DNA of 64,000 nucleotides from Armatimonadota bacterium. Its GTDB lineage: Bacteria > Armatimonadota > SYMT01. The translations under genes and the position numbers were made by a program. Every line of letters starts with the position of its first letter. Position 1 is the first letter of the stretch. Below, piece after piece: positions 1 to 9,394 of this stretch. The DNA is taken from positions 302,784 to 366,783 of the forward strand of contig JAWLHY010000008.1 in assembly GCA_041690135.1 (NCBI GenBank). Direction: 5' to 3'. The notes below the pieces were generated by a model. It was given only the letters and a program-made list of their open reading frames with translations. It did not search any database and was not told the DNA's origin.

Positions 1-1035
1 GCGGAGATCACGTCCCAGGTGTTCCTCGGGCAGCGGATGCAGTGCGCCAAGTGCCACAACCATCCCACTGAAAAATACACTCAGGACGATTACTACCAGT
101 TCGCCGCCCTGTTCGCGCAGGTGAACGGCGAGGGGCGCGCCGACCCCGTGCCGGAGCGCTTCGTGGCCACGGATGCAGGCGAGGTTCGCCATCCGCGCAC
201 CGGCAAGGTCGTAATGCCACGCCCTCTGGACCACGCGGACCTCAAGCTGCAGCCGGGGGATGACCGACGGGTGAAGTTTACCCAGTGGCTGCGGGGGGAG
301 GGGCGGGACCTGTTCGCCCGCAACATCGTGAACCGGGTATGGGCCAGGCTGTTCGGGACCGGGATCGTCGAGCCCGTGGACGACCTCCGTAGCACCAATC
401 CGCCTCGGAACGAGCCCCTGCTGGCGGCGCTGGCGAACGACCTGATCGCGCACGGTTATGATCTCAAGTACTTGATGGGCACGATCATGCGCTCGCGCAC
501 GTTCCAGGCCTGCGCGCAGGCGACACCCGCAAATAAAGTCGACACCCAGTTCTTCTCTCACTTCCCCGCCCACCGGCTTCAGGGCGAGGAGTTGCTGGAT
601 GCGATCGCGCAGGCGACGGGCGTGCCGGACAAGTTCGCCACGTACCCCATGGGCACACGCGCCATCGAGCTCTCGGATACGGAACTCTCGTCGCTGGCAC
701 TGGACACGTTCGGCCGCCCAAACCGCACTACGCCCTGTGAGTGCGACCGGAGCGCCGCGCCAACCGTTTCCCAGGCCCTTGATCTGCTCAACGGCGAGGT
801 TCTCCAGGGGAAGTTGAAACACCCCGAGGGCATCATCAACCAGTGGATGAAAGCGGGGAAATCCGATGCGGAGATCCTGGAGGAACTCTATTTACGGACT
901 CTTTCGCGCCGTCCCGAGCCTTTCGAGCTGGTAGAAGTGCAAAAAGCCCTTGCCCAGGCGCCGAAGCGGGAAGAGGGGCTGCAGGATGTGCTGTGGGCCC
1001 TGATCAATACCAAGGAATTCATGTTCAACCACTAG
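1..1035 (+). CDS. DUF1549/DUF1553 (PSCyt2/PSD1) domain protein, 5'-truncated by the window edge
   Basis: Frame is open from base 1; CAKCHNHP heme-like motif, FARNIVNRVW..LFGTGIVEPVDD, CECDR, C-terminal ALINTKEFMFNH typical of the family. Confidence 0.88.
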   Translation, partial: AEITSQVFLGQRMQCAKCHNHPTEKYTQDDYYQFAALFAQVNGEGRADPVPERFVATDAGEVRHPRTGKVVMPRPLDHADLKLQPGDDRRVKFTQWLRGEGRDLFARNIVNRVWARLFGTGIVEPVDDLRSTNPPRNEPLLAALANDLIAHGYDLKYLMGTIMRSRTFQACAQATPANKVDTQFFSHFPAHRLQGEELLDAIAQATGVPDKFATYPMGTRAIELSDTELSSLALDTFGRPNRTTPCECDRSAAPTVSQALDLLNGEVLQGKLKHPEGIINQWMKAGKSDAEILEELYLRTLSRRPEPFELVEVQKALAQAPKREEGLQDVLWALINTKEFMFNH

Positions 1036-1072
1036 GGAAGCAAGATCCGCAAGGGTTGCGAAAGGAAATCGG

Positions 1073-2416
1073 ATGTTCACCTTCTACGGCGCAAGCAGCT
1101 CAAACCAATGTGATGGGATTTCCCGTCGCGACTTTCTGCGCGTCGGTGGTCTCTCCACGGCCGGACTTACGCTGGTCGACTTGCTGCGGGGAGAGGCCGC
1201 CCATGGTGCGAGCACCGCTTCGCCTGGGAAGAAGGCCCGGGCCAAGAACGTCCTGCTGGTTTACCTCGGAGGCGGGATCACCCACCATGACACCTTCGAC
1301 CCGAAGCCGGAAGCGCCCGAGGAAGTGCGAGGAAAATACGGAACGATCCCCACGAAGCTTTCGGGGATCCGGTACAGCGACCAAATGCCCCACCTGGCTC
1401 AATGCAACGATCTGTTCGCATTGGTCCGCTCGCAGGTATCCGGCAGCGACCACCACGAAACGTCCACGCAGTGGATGCTGACCGGCAACTACGGTACAGC
1501 TCAGGGTGGGGACTTTCCGGCGATCGGCGCCATTGTAGCTCACGAACTTCCCGCGTTGAACTCCCTGCCGCCGTACGTCGCGATCCCGCGAAATGCCTCC
1601 TTCACCTGGGAACTGGGCAAGGCGGCATGGCTGGGCGAACAGTATGAGTCGTTTAAAGCGGGAGATCCATCGCGCGGCGATTGGAAGGTGCCGAACCTGG
1701 CTCTCCAGTCCGACGTGAATGGAGACCGCCTGGGCCGGCGGAAATCGTTACTGGACGCCATCGACCGTCTCGCCCGAAAGGTGGAGGGGAACGACAGCCT
1801 GAAGTCGATGGATACCTTCTACCGGCGAGCCGCGCAGATGGTCATGTCGGAGGAAGCCCGCCTAGCGTTCGATCTCTCCAAAGAGTCCGACAAGACGAAG
1901 GAAGCCTACGGCAAGGCGGACCGTTTCGGCATGCAGGCGCTCCTCGCCCGCCGGTTGGTCGAGGCCGATGTCCGTTTCGTCCTGCTCAACTACGGCGGCT
2001 GGGATCACCATGCGAAGATCTTCGAAAGCTGCGACAAGGTCCTCAAGCCGTTCGACCAGGCCATGGCGGCGCTGCTCAAGGACATGAGGGACCGCGGCCT
2101 GCTCGAAGAGACCTTCGTAGCCATCTATGGTGACTTCGGGCGCACGTCCAAGGTGAACAAAGATGCAGGCCGGGACCACTGGGCGCACGCCGGCAGCATG
2201 CTTTTCGCCGGGGCGGGAGTCCGCGGTGGACAGGTCATCGGCGCCACCGACACCCTGGGCGAGTACGTGACGCAGCGGCCCGTGCGTCCGGCCGAGGTCG
2301 CCGCCACCCTTTACTCCGCCGTGGGCGTGGACTACCACAAGGAGCTCCTGATGCCGAGCGCCCGTCCGGTGCGGATCTTGCCCGAAACCGGGCCGATCCA
2401 CGAGTTGTATGGGTAG
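1073..2416 (+). CDS. DUF1501 domain protein
   Basis: N-terminal CDGISRRDFLRVG (Tat-like), GGITHHDTFDPKP, LARRLVEADVRFV, GWDHH, GDFGRT, GRDHW. Confidence 0.9.
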   Translation: MFTFYGASSSNQCDGISRRDFLRVGGLSTAGLTLVDLLRGEAAHGASTASPGKKARAKNVLLVYLGGGITHHDTFDPKPEAPEEVRGKYGTIPTKLSGIRYSDQMPHLAQCNDLFALVRSQVSGSDHHETSTQWMLTGNYGTAQGGDFPAIGAIVAHELPALNSLPPYVAIPRNASFTWELGKAAWLGEQYESFKAGDPSRGDWKVPNLALQSDVNGDRLGRRKSLLDAIDRLARKVEGNDSLKSMDTFYRRAAQMVMSEEARLAFDLSKESDKTKEAYGKADRFGMQALLARRLVEADVRFVLLNYGGWDHHAKIFESCDKVLKPFDQAMAALLKDMRDRGLLEETFVAIYGDFGRTSKVNKDAGRDHWAHAGSMLFAGAGVRGGQVIGATDTLGEYVTQRPVRPAEVAATLYSAVGVDYHKELLMPSARPVRILPETGPIHELYG

Positions 2417-2462
2417 AATCGTTGGACGGACATGGACCCCGAGTAGTGGGGGGAGGCACCTG

Positions 2463-2855
2463 GTGAGTCGTCAGATTACGCTAGATATCCCAGAGGAGGT
2501 CGTCGAACGCGCGGAACGCATCGCTCGGCTGTCGCATCGCAACATCGGCGATGTTCTCACTACCGCGCTCGCGGTGGCACTCCCTCCGATGCCGCTACCC
2601 GAGGATGCGGCCGATATCCGCCGCCTTCCAGATGACGACCTGCTAAAGCTCTGTCGGCTGGAAATGGCAGAAGAGGACGACCGGCGCTTAAGCGAGTTGC
2701 TGGAGCTCAACTCAGAGGGCGACTTGTCGGAAACGGATCGGAAGCAGTTTGTCTCCTTGATGGCCGCATACGAAGCTGGGTTGCTGCTGAAGGCGAGTGC
2801 GTTAGCAGAAGCGGTTCGAAGAGGGCTTCGACCACCATTTCAACCCCCGGTCTGA
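2463..2855 (+). CDS. Hypothetical antitoxin-like protein, paralog of 53568-53933
   Basis: GTG start after GGAGG; RQITLDIPEE N-terminus and RLSELLELNSEGDLSE motif resemble the small gene upstream of the HNH at 53165. Confidence 0.65.
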   Translation: MSRQITLDIPEEVVERAERIARLSHRNIGDVLTTALAVALPPMPLPEDAADIRRLPDDDLLKLCRLEMAEEDDRRLSELLELNSEGDLSETDRKQFVSLMAAYEAGLLLKASALAEAVRRGLRPPFQPPV

Positions 2856-3018
2856 TCAGTGGGAGGAACACTTCGCCTGGAGCGTGGACGGGACATTCAT
2901 CATGGGTCGTACAGCCATGGGACGAGCAACTGTAGTGGCCCTTCAGCTCAACAATCTGATCGCCGTGATGGTTCGCCAACGCTGGGTTGAGGCCGGATGG
3001 CATCCGCCCGTAGAGTAG
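2839..3018 (+). pseudogene. C-terminal remnant of an HNH endonuclease; N-terminal HNH core is missing
   Basis: Hand translation FNPRSDQWEEHFAWSVDGTFIMGRTAMGRATVVALQLNN...WVEAGWHPPVE* aligns to the C-terminal half of the intact HNH at 53165 (YNPRMHAWSAHF..GRGTLRILRLN); lacks its own N-terminus and Cys/His core. Confidence 0.8.
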
Positions 3019-3019
3019 A

Positions 3020-4462
3020 ATGCTGCATCGACTACTGTTAGGCAGGTTGTTTGTGTTTGCACTTGCTGCGTCTGGCATGGGCTGTACGCTGGCCGTCGCA
3101 GCGGCAGCGCCGCCGAAGGTGCAGTTCAGCAAACAGGTTTTGCCGATTCTCAACCGCGAGTGCCTTGCCTGCCATCGCGGCGCAGCGGCGCCGGGCGGCT
3201 ACAGCCTGGAGAGCCCAGAGCGCCTGGTGGCCGGGGGGCGACATGGCAAGGCAGTTATTCCCGGCAAAGGTGCCCAGAGCGCGCTCATCCGTTACCTGAC
3301 GGGGGAGTTGAAGCCGCAGATGCCGCCCGGAAAGCCCCTGGACCTGGAAACCATCGCCCTGATCCGGCGCTGGATCGACGAGGGTGGGAAGATCGACAGC
3401 CTGGTCGATCCCACCCTGCCGGAAGGAAAGATGCAAGGCGCGATGCCGATGCAGCTTGGTGGTACTCCGGGAACACCTGCCAGGAGTGCATCCCGGTCGG
3501 GAGCACTCCTACCGGCTTCCGTAGTCCAGGCCGCCCCGGTGACGGCCCTGGCCTTTTCGCCGGACGGCAGGTTTCTGGCCGCCGGCGGGTACCAGGCCGT
3601 CCGCCTCCTCGATGCGGCAACGGGAAACGTGGTTCGCACCCTGACAGGGCCTGCGGACCAGGTGCTATCCCTGGCGTGGTCGGCAGACGGCAAGCGGCTG
3701 GCGGCCGGAGGAGGAGTGCCGGGCGCGATCGGGGAGGTCTGCCTCTGGGAAGGCGGCTCTCCCGAGGTCTGGACCAGGCCGAGGGTGCTTCGCGAGCACA
3801 CCGACGCGATTTTTGCCGTAGCCTTGCGACCGGGAGCCCAGGAGATGGCCACCGTTAGCCCGGATCGTACGGTCCGCATCTGGGACCTGGCGACCGGAAA
3901 GGTGACGCGGCTCCTTCGCGACCATGTAGACGCCGTCTACGGGGCCGCGTACAGCGCCGACGGCAAGTGGTTCGCGACGGCGAGTGCCGACCGTACCGTC
4001 AAACTTTACCGGCTGGACTCTTCCGAGCCCCCGGCCTCCCTGGGCCATGGAGACGGGGTGACCGGAGTGGCCTTCAACCCGAAGGGGGATCTGCTGGTGA
4101 GTTGCGCGCCCCGGCAGGTGCGGGTCTGGGCGGTGAAACTGGGAACGGGCCAGAATCCGCTGCGACAACATGGGGAAGGCGAAACGGTCAACGCGGTCAG
4201 CTTCAGCGGAGACGGCAGCGTCCTGGTCTGGGGCGCCTCGAACCGCCGCGTGCGCATCTGGAACGGCGAGGTATCGAACCACCGGCGCGAATTAGGAAAC
4301 CTGCCGGACTGGGTTTATTCCGTGGCCGCGTCGCCGGACGGCAAATTGGTTACTGGCGGTGTGGCGGACGGCAAAGTCTATTTCTGGGACGACAACGGCA
4401 AATTGCTGCGGACAGTCGGGCTGGGCCCCGGTGGAACTCCGCTTGCGGGGGCGGGGAAATGA
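3020..4462 (+). CDS. Planctomycete cytochrome c (PSCyt1) domain plus WD40-repeat protein
   Basis: Signal peptide, FSKQVLPILNRECLACH (CxxCH), IRRWIDEG, multiple WD40 repeats (AFSPDG, SPDRTVRIWD). Confidence 0.85.
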   Translation: MLHRLLLGRLFVFALAASGMGCTLAVAAAAPPKVQFSKQVLPILNRECLACHRGAAAPGGYSLESPERLVAGGRHGKAVIPGKGAQSALIRYLTGELKPQMPPGKPLDLETIALIRRWIDEGGKIDSLVDPTLPEGKMQGAMPMQLGGTPGTPARSASRSGALLPASVVQAAPVTALAFSPDGRFLAAGGYQAVRLLDAATGNVVRTLTGPADQVLSLAWSADGKRLAAGGGVPGAIGEVCLWEGGSPEVWTRPRVLREHTDAIFAVALRPGAQEMATVSPDRTVRIWDLATGKVTRLLRDHVDAVYGAAYSADGKWFATASADRTVKLYRLDSSEPPASLGHGDGVTGVAFNPKGDLLVSCAPRQVRVWAVKLGTGQNPLRQHGEGETVNAVSFSGDGSVLVWGASNRRVRIWNGEVSNHRRELGNLPDWVYSVAASPDGKLVTGGVADGKVYFWDDNGKLLRTVGLGPGGTPLAGAGK

Positions 4463-5229
4463 GAGCTCCACATCGGGTTCGTTCATGGGTCGCTTTGCTC
4501 ACTGTCGCCGGCGGTCTACCCTTTGCGCCTGCCGCATTGGGGCAGAAGAAGCCTTCGGCAATCGACATTCGCGCAACCACTCCGGCCTGGATCCTCACGG
4601 GGCGGGCCACCGTCGTAACGCTGTTCGGGCAAGATCTCAAGACGGAGTCGGTGCGCTTCGAACCCTCGGGGTTCACCGGCCGAGTCGTTAAGGTCGGTCC
4701 GGCGACGCACAAGAACGATGAGGAAAAAAAGCGGGGGAATTCGGCGGTCGAACTGGAAATAACGGTCCCGGCCGCGGCGAAGCCGGGGTACTGCAACTTC
4801 ACGCTATTGGGCAAGGACAACCAGATCGCCACGGGCCGGATCTTTGTGGATGTGCCCGCCCCCGAGATGCCGGAGAAGGAACCGAACGACAGCCTCTACC
4901 ATCCCCAATCACTACCGGAGGGCAATATCACGCTGACCGGAAAGCTGGACAGGGAGGCGGTGGATGTGTTCCGCTTCGAAGGGAAGAAAGGCGAAACCTG
5001 GCGATTTGAGCTGTTTGCCCGCCGCATGAACCCGGCAAACAAGCTGGAAGCCGTGATCCGGCTGCGGGACAGTCGCCGCACCCCCTTGAAAGCCGCCGTG
5101 GACCAGGGGGGAGACTGCTACATCCAGTACGCCCTTCCGGACGACGGTGCCTACACCCTGGAGATCTTCGACGGCGACAACCGGAGTGGCGGCGATCTGG
5201 ACTACCGGCTCGCCGTCCGCCGCCTGTAG
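4459..5229 (+). CDS. Secreted PPC (pre-peptidase C-terminal) domain protein
   Basis: ATGA overlap with the upstream gene; signal peptide; EKEPND and DVFRFEGKKGE..LPDDGAYTLEI motifs. Confidence 0.75.
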   Translation: MRAPHRVRSWVALLTVAGGLPFAPAALGQKKPSAIDIRATTPAWILTGRATVVTLFGQDLKTESVRFEPSGFTGRVVKVGPATHKNDEEKKRGNSAVELEITVPAAAKPGYCNFTLLGKDNQIATGRIFVDVPAPEMPEKEPNDSLYHPQSLPEGNITLTGKLDREAVDVFRFEGKKGETWRFELFARRMNPANKLEAVIRLRDSRRTPLKAAVDQGGDCYIQYALPDDGAYTLEIFDGDNRSGGDLDYRLAVRRL

Positions 5230-5230
5230 C

Positions 5231-5557
5231 CTATCTGTCCCCGCGCTGCGCGGTCCAACGCACCCCCAGAGCCAGGCCAAAAGGCAGACCCCAGAGGGCA
5301 TACTTGACGGCCTGCGCACCTGCTTCCACCGGAAGTCGGGCGCTAAGCTGGTTAGCGGCAACGATGGTGAGCAGAATACTCACCGCCAGGTACTGGATAC
5401 CCAGGCGCTTGAGCGAGGCTACCAGATCGCGCCCATCCGTCGCGGTACTGACCGAGAGCCAGTGACGCAGGCAAGAAACCGCGAGTATGAAACCGATCGA
5501 CAGACCCAGGGCCAATGGCGGGAGAACCCAGGCTGCCGAGGGTAGGCCTATTTCCAC
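5231..5557 (-). CDS. Small membrane protein (about 3 TM helices)
   Basis: Three hydrophobic stretches; fills the gap downstream of the TPR gene on the same strand. Confidence 0.5.
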   Translation of the reverse strand: MEIGLPSAAWVLPPLALGLSIGFILAVSCLRHWLSVSTATDGRDLVASLKRLGIQYLAVSILLTIVAANQLSARLPVEAGAQAVKYALWGLPFGLALGVRWTAQRGDR

Positions 5558-5666
5558 AGGCGTGCCTCCGCAAACTCCGGAGAGCGGGGGGCCGTCCGGA
5601 TAGTCAGGTGTCCTTAGGTAAGATTATCCGAAGAACTCCCGGAATCGACCGGTCTATTCCAGTGTT

Positions 5667-7358
5667 TCACTCCAAATGCGCGAATCGTTCGGCAACCTGC
5701 GCCGCGCTCGTGATGCTTTCGGTGTATCCCAAGTATTTCTGCGCCTGCGTGTTATGCGGGTCCAGGGCAAGAGCCTTTTTGAACTGGAAGAGCGCCTCCG
5801 GGACGCGCCCAGCCTCGTACAGGCCGATACCGGCTGCCACACAGCGCTCCACTTCCAGGCGGCACAGCCGTTCCTCAACTTCATCCAGCGGATCGAGTTC
5901 ATACGCCTGGCGCCACATTTCTCGCGCGCCTTCCCGATCCCCGGCGTCGAGTTGATTATCGCCTGCCCGCATCAACTCGAAGGCGTGCTCTCGTTTGACC
6001 TGCGCCAGTGAATGGCGCGCTTCCAGGTTGTCCGGATCGAACTCCAGGAGTTCGATCCACATGGCCGCGCTCGCCGTCCAGCGCCTCTCCGCCGCCAAGT
6101 CCTGGGCTCGGGCGGCCGCGGCTTTCAGGGCCGCTTCGCGGAGATGCGCCCGGAAGTGGAGGAGTTCATCATCCCATGGAGCGTCCGCAGCCGCCCTTCC
6201 CAGGAGGCGGACAGCCGCCGAATACTCGTTCCGGGCGACTAACTCCTGCGCTTCCGCCAGTGCCTCCTGCACCAGGTACCGGCGGACCTCAATCAGAAGC
6301 GAGGCGGCCTCGACGTCGTGGGGGGCGGCCGAGACCAGGGCCGTCAGAATAGTGGCTGCAGCGGACCACTCGTTGCGGGAGACGGCTGCCTGCGCTCGCA
6401 ACAGGTCGCGCCGCCTCCGATCGCGAACGCCGAAGCCCGGGGCAAACTTCAACTCCAGTTCGAACAACATGGCCTCACCGGAGGCGGTAGAAACCGCCAG
6501 ATATCGCCCGTCTTCCGAGAGGGCCAGGCCAGTGGGAAGGGCCGTCAGCGGGTGCTCCCACACGGGAGTGCCGTCCGCGCCATGACAGGAGATCAGGTGC
6601 GCGTCGCCGTCCGTGGCAGCGGCCACGATCCACTGCGCCTCCGCATCGGCCGCGACACTCGCCACCGGAAGACCGAGATTACCCTGCCACCGGACGCCGC
6701 CATCTTCATTCAAAGCGGTGAGACGGCCCGAACGCGTACCGACCACCGGCCACGAGCGGGCGGAGGGAAGAGCCAGGGCCGAGACGGCAGATCCCGCCTC
6801 GGTTTCGCTCAGGAGGCGCCGCCGATGGTCGAGCAGAAGGACGCGGCCGTCCTCCAGGCCGGCGGCCAGTGTGCGGCCGTCCGGAGAGATAGCGACGCGA
6901 TTGACGGGCGCATCCACATCCCGGCTCCAGAGCAGCCTTCCCGTGTTCTCGCCCAGGGCAATTCCATGGAGAGCGAATAGAACATCGGAGTAGCCGCAGA
7001 CAAAGCCTCCCGTAGCCGTCGCCAGGCTGGCATCCGCGTAGGTGACCCTCCGGTCCGGCAGGAAGCGGATCTTCCGCGTATCGCGGGTGAAGTACAGGTC
7101 GTCATCCGTCATCGCGAGGAGATGACCGCCGTTCGGAGTGCCGTCGAACTTGTAAACGGTTTCCACGAACAGGGCGAACAACTCGCGAGCTTCGCCCTGG
7201 GGATCGATGGACAGAACCTGGTAGGTACGGTTTTCCAGCGGGTCGGGCTGGATCACCAGCGTCTCCCCCGCGGGGGAGACGCTGTGAGGCGTGAACGCAC
7301 TCAGTCCGCGGAAGCGCTGCTGCCAGAGAAGGTTGACGGATGTGAAGCGTCTCTGCAT
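5667..7358 (-). CDS. WD40/PQQ-like beta-propeller plus TPR-repeat protein
   Basis: N-terminal propeller repeats (VAISPDGRTLAAG, ALSEDGRYLAV); C-terminal TPRs (FKKALALDPHNTQAQ); start overlaps the stop of the NHL gene. Confidence 0.8.
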   Translation of the reverse strand: MQRRFTSVNLLWQQRFRGLSAFTPHSVSPAGETLVIQPDPLENRTYQVLSIDPQGEARELFALFVETVYKFDGTPNGGHLLAMTDDDLYFTRDTRKIRFLPDRRVTYADASLATATGGFVCGYSDVLFALHGIALGENTGRLLWSRDVDAPVNRVAISPDGRTLAAGLEDGRVLLLDHRRRLLSETEAGSAVSALALPSARSWPVVGTRSGRLTALNEDGGVRWQGNLGLPVASVAADAEAQWIVAAATDGDAHLISCHGADGTPVWEHPLTALPTGLALSEDGRYLAVSTASGEAMLFELELKFAPGFGVRDRRRRDLLRAQAAVSRNEWSAAATILTALVSAAPHDVEAASLLIEVRRYLVQEALAEAQELVARNEYSAAVRLLGRAAADAPWDDELLHFRAHLREAALKAAAARAQDLAAERRWTASAAMWIELLEFDPDNLEARHSLAQVKREHAFELMRAGDNQLDAGDREGAREMWRQAYELDPLDEVEERLCRLEVERCVAAGIGLYEAGRVPEALFQFKKALALDPHNTQAQKYLGYTESITSAAQVAERFAHLE

Positions 7359-8389
7359 TACACGCTGCGTTCGAACCGCAGGATCCGGTGGTTGTCGGTA
7401 TCCGCAACGTAAATGGTGCCTTTGTCCGAGACGGCCACGGCTCCGGGGCTGGAAAGCCGCCCATAACCCCCCAAATCGCTAATGAGTTGGAGACAGCGCC
7501 CCGTGCTATCGAGGATCTGTAGCCGCCGGTTTCCGGCCTCCACCACGTAAATCCGCCCCTCTGCGTCCACCGCAACGTCGAGTGGCTCACTGAACTGGCC
7601 ACCGCCCGAGCCCAGAATGCCGATGACTTTCTCCAACCGTAGGTCGGGCGTGAAGACGGAAAGAAGGTGGCGGAAACGGTCCGCCACCAGGATACGCCCG
7701 GAGCGATCCACCGCCACGCCGAGCGGATTATTGAAGTACGCCCCGCCTCCCGTCATGCGGTAAATCATGCCCAACGGCTCACCCCAGCGAGTCCACCTTG
7801 TCACCCGTCCGTTGCCCGGATCGGCGATCACCAGTTGGCCGCAGGGAGAAAGGGCGATGCCGGCGGGCCCCTGAAACTCGCCCAGTCCGGAACCCTGCCG
7901 GCCGAAAGCGCCCAGATGCTCACCCGTCGGGCTGAACACCTGGATGCGGCAGTTGCCCTGTTCGAGAACATAGATGCGGCCGCCGTCATCCACCACCACG
8001 CCTTGCGGGTTAAGGAACTGTCCGGGCCGTGTACCCCGCGAACCCAGAATGGTCACGCTCCCCTGCGGACTGATGCGCTGGACCCGATGGTTGTAAGAGT
8101 CCGCTACATACAGGAAGCCGGAAGGGTCGACGGCAACCCCTCCCGGCGACGAGAACTGGATGTAACCGGTGCCCGCACTACCCATGGCTTCCGCAATGCG
8201 CCATGACGGTGGTGACGGCGGTTTCTTGGGCAGGGCGACGGGCGGCGTGGGTGGTAGCGGCTCCGGGGGAGAAGACCGTGTCGCCGGTGGCGCATCGGGC
8301 TGGGGCACGGCGACGTGCGCCGTGGCGGGTACGGGACGAGGCGGGCGCTCGTCCCCGATCTCCAGAAAGTCGAACCGGTTGTCCTGCAT
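7358..8389 (-). CDS. NHL-repeat protein with Pro-rich N-terminal linker
   Basis: About 6 NHL repeats (PGGVAVD..LYVADSYNHRVQ; PQGVVVD; PLGVAVD; YVADTDNHRI); ATG at 8389 preferred over 8410. Confidence 0.88.
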   Translation of the reverse strand: MQDNRFDFLEIGDERPPRPVPATAHVAVPQPDAPPATRSSPPEPLPPTPPVALPKKPPSPPSWRIAEAMGSAGTGYIQFSSPGGVAVDPSGFLYVADSYNHRVQRISPQGSVTILGSRGTRPGQFLNPQGVVVDDGGRIYVLEQGNCRIQVFSPTGEHLGAFGRQGSGLGEFQGPAGIALSPCGQLVIADPGNGRVTRWTRWGEPLGMIYRMTGGGAYFNNPLGVAVDRSGRILVADRFRHLLSVFTPDLRLEKVIGILGSGGGQFSEPLDVAVDAEGRIYVVEAGNRRLQILDSTGRCLQLISDLGGYGRLSSPGAVAVSDKGTIYVADTDNHRILRFERSV

Positions 8390-8425
8390 CAGCTCAATCT
8401 GTCGCGGCAAATGTCGAGTGACAGT

Positions 8426-9268
8426 TCACCGCGAACGCTGACTTCTCCCTGTCTCCCAGTGACCCTCGTACACAAGAGCAGCCGGACCGGTGAGCGTGAG
8501 GGAGAGATCCGGGGCGATTTCCACTCGCAGTACGCCGCCACGGGAATGCACTTCCACAGTAGACCCGGCGCGGCCGGAGAGATGCGAGGCTACGGCCACG
8601 GCCGCTGCGCCCGTTCCACAGGCCAGCGTCTCGCCCACCCCTCGCTCCCAGATGCGCACCCGTGCGCTTCCGTTCCCGGCCGTTTCGGTCCAGAGCACGC
8701 TGGTCCGCTCCGGGAAGAGTGGGTGGTGCTCGATCCGGGGACTCAGGCGCTGGAAGCGTTCTTCGTCCGGCGTTTCGAAGAGGACGGTGTGAGCGGTCCC
8801 CGTAAATAGGGAGTGGATCTCCAGATCCTCTCCCTCGACGGTCAACCTTCGCCCCAGCACATCCGCTCCGTCGAACCGGGCGGGAATCCCGGAAGGTTCC
8901 AGCACGGGACGCCCCATCCGGACGGTCACGCTGGCACTCCGCGACCCGGCTGCGGACACCTGCACCTCTTTGAGGCCGGAAAGGGTCTCAATCCGGAAAC
9001 GGTCGGCTTCCACCAGGCCGCGCCGTCGAGCGAAGAGCGCCAGGCAGCGCAATCCGTTACCGCAGTCGTCCTCGGTACCATCCGGGTTGTACATGCGCAT
9101 GCGGACGGCCCCGATGCCGGAGGGGAGGGCCACCAGGATCCCGTCGGCTCCCGCGCCGAAGTTCCGGTGACACAGTTCGGGCGCGAGGCGGCTCCAATCG
9201 TGGTCCTCACCCTCCACCACGATGAAGTCGTTTCCCGCGCCCTGCATCTTCGTGAATGCAAATCTCAT
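8426..9268 (-). CDS. dapF: Diaminopimelate epimerase
   Basis: FTKMQGAGNDF, CGNGLRC, WERGVGETLACGTGA. Confidence 0.95.
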   Translation of the reverse strand: MRFAFTKMQGAGNDFIVVEGEDHDWSRLAPELCHRNFGAGADGILVALPSGIGAVRMRMYNPDGTEDDCGNGLRCLALFARRRGLVEADRFRIETLSGLKEVQVSAAGSRSASVTVRMGRPVLEPSGIPARFDGADVLGRRLTVEGEDLEIHSLFTGTAHTVLFETPDEERFQRLSPRIEHHPLFPERTSVLWTETAGNGSARVRIWERGVGETLACGTGAAAVAVASHLSGRAGSTVEVHSRGGVLRVEIAPDLSLTLTGPAALVYEGHWETGRSQRSR

Positions 9269-9394
9269 CGGCTTAGCATACCCGATGCCCCCGCATCATG
9301 TACGCAGCAGTTGCTCGCTCCTGCAGCCCGATGTCGCCCCCTCGCTAATCCGTATTCTTCGATAACCACGCCCACCAGAGAGCGGCACTTGCAC

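Noticed and set aside
3967-4458. N-terminal extension of the PPC gene
   Set aside because: Overlaps the WD40 gene out of frame; the signal peptide and ATGA coupling place the start at 4459.
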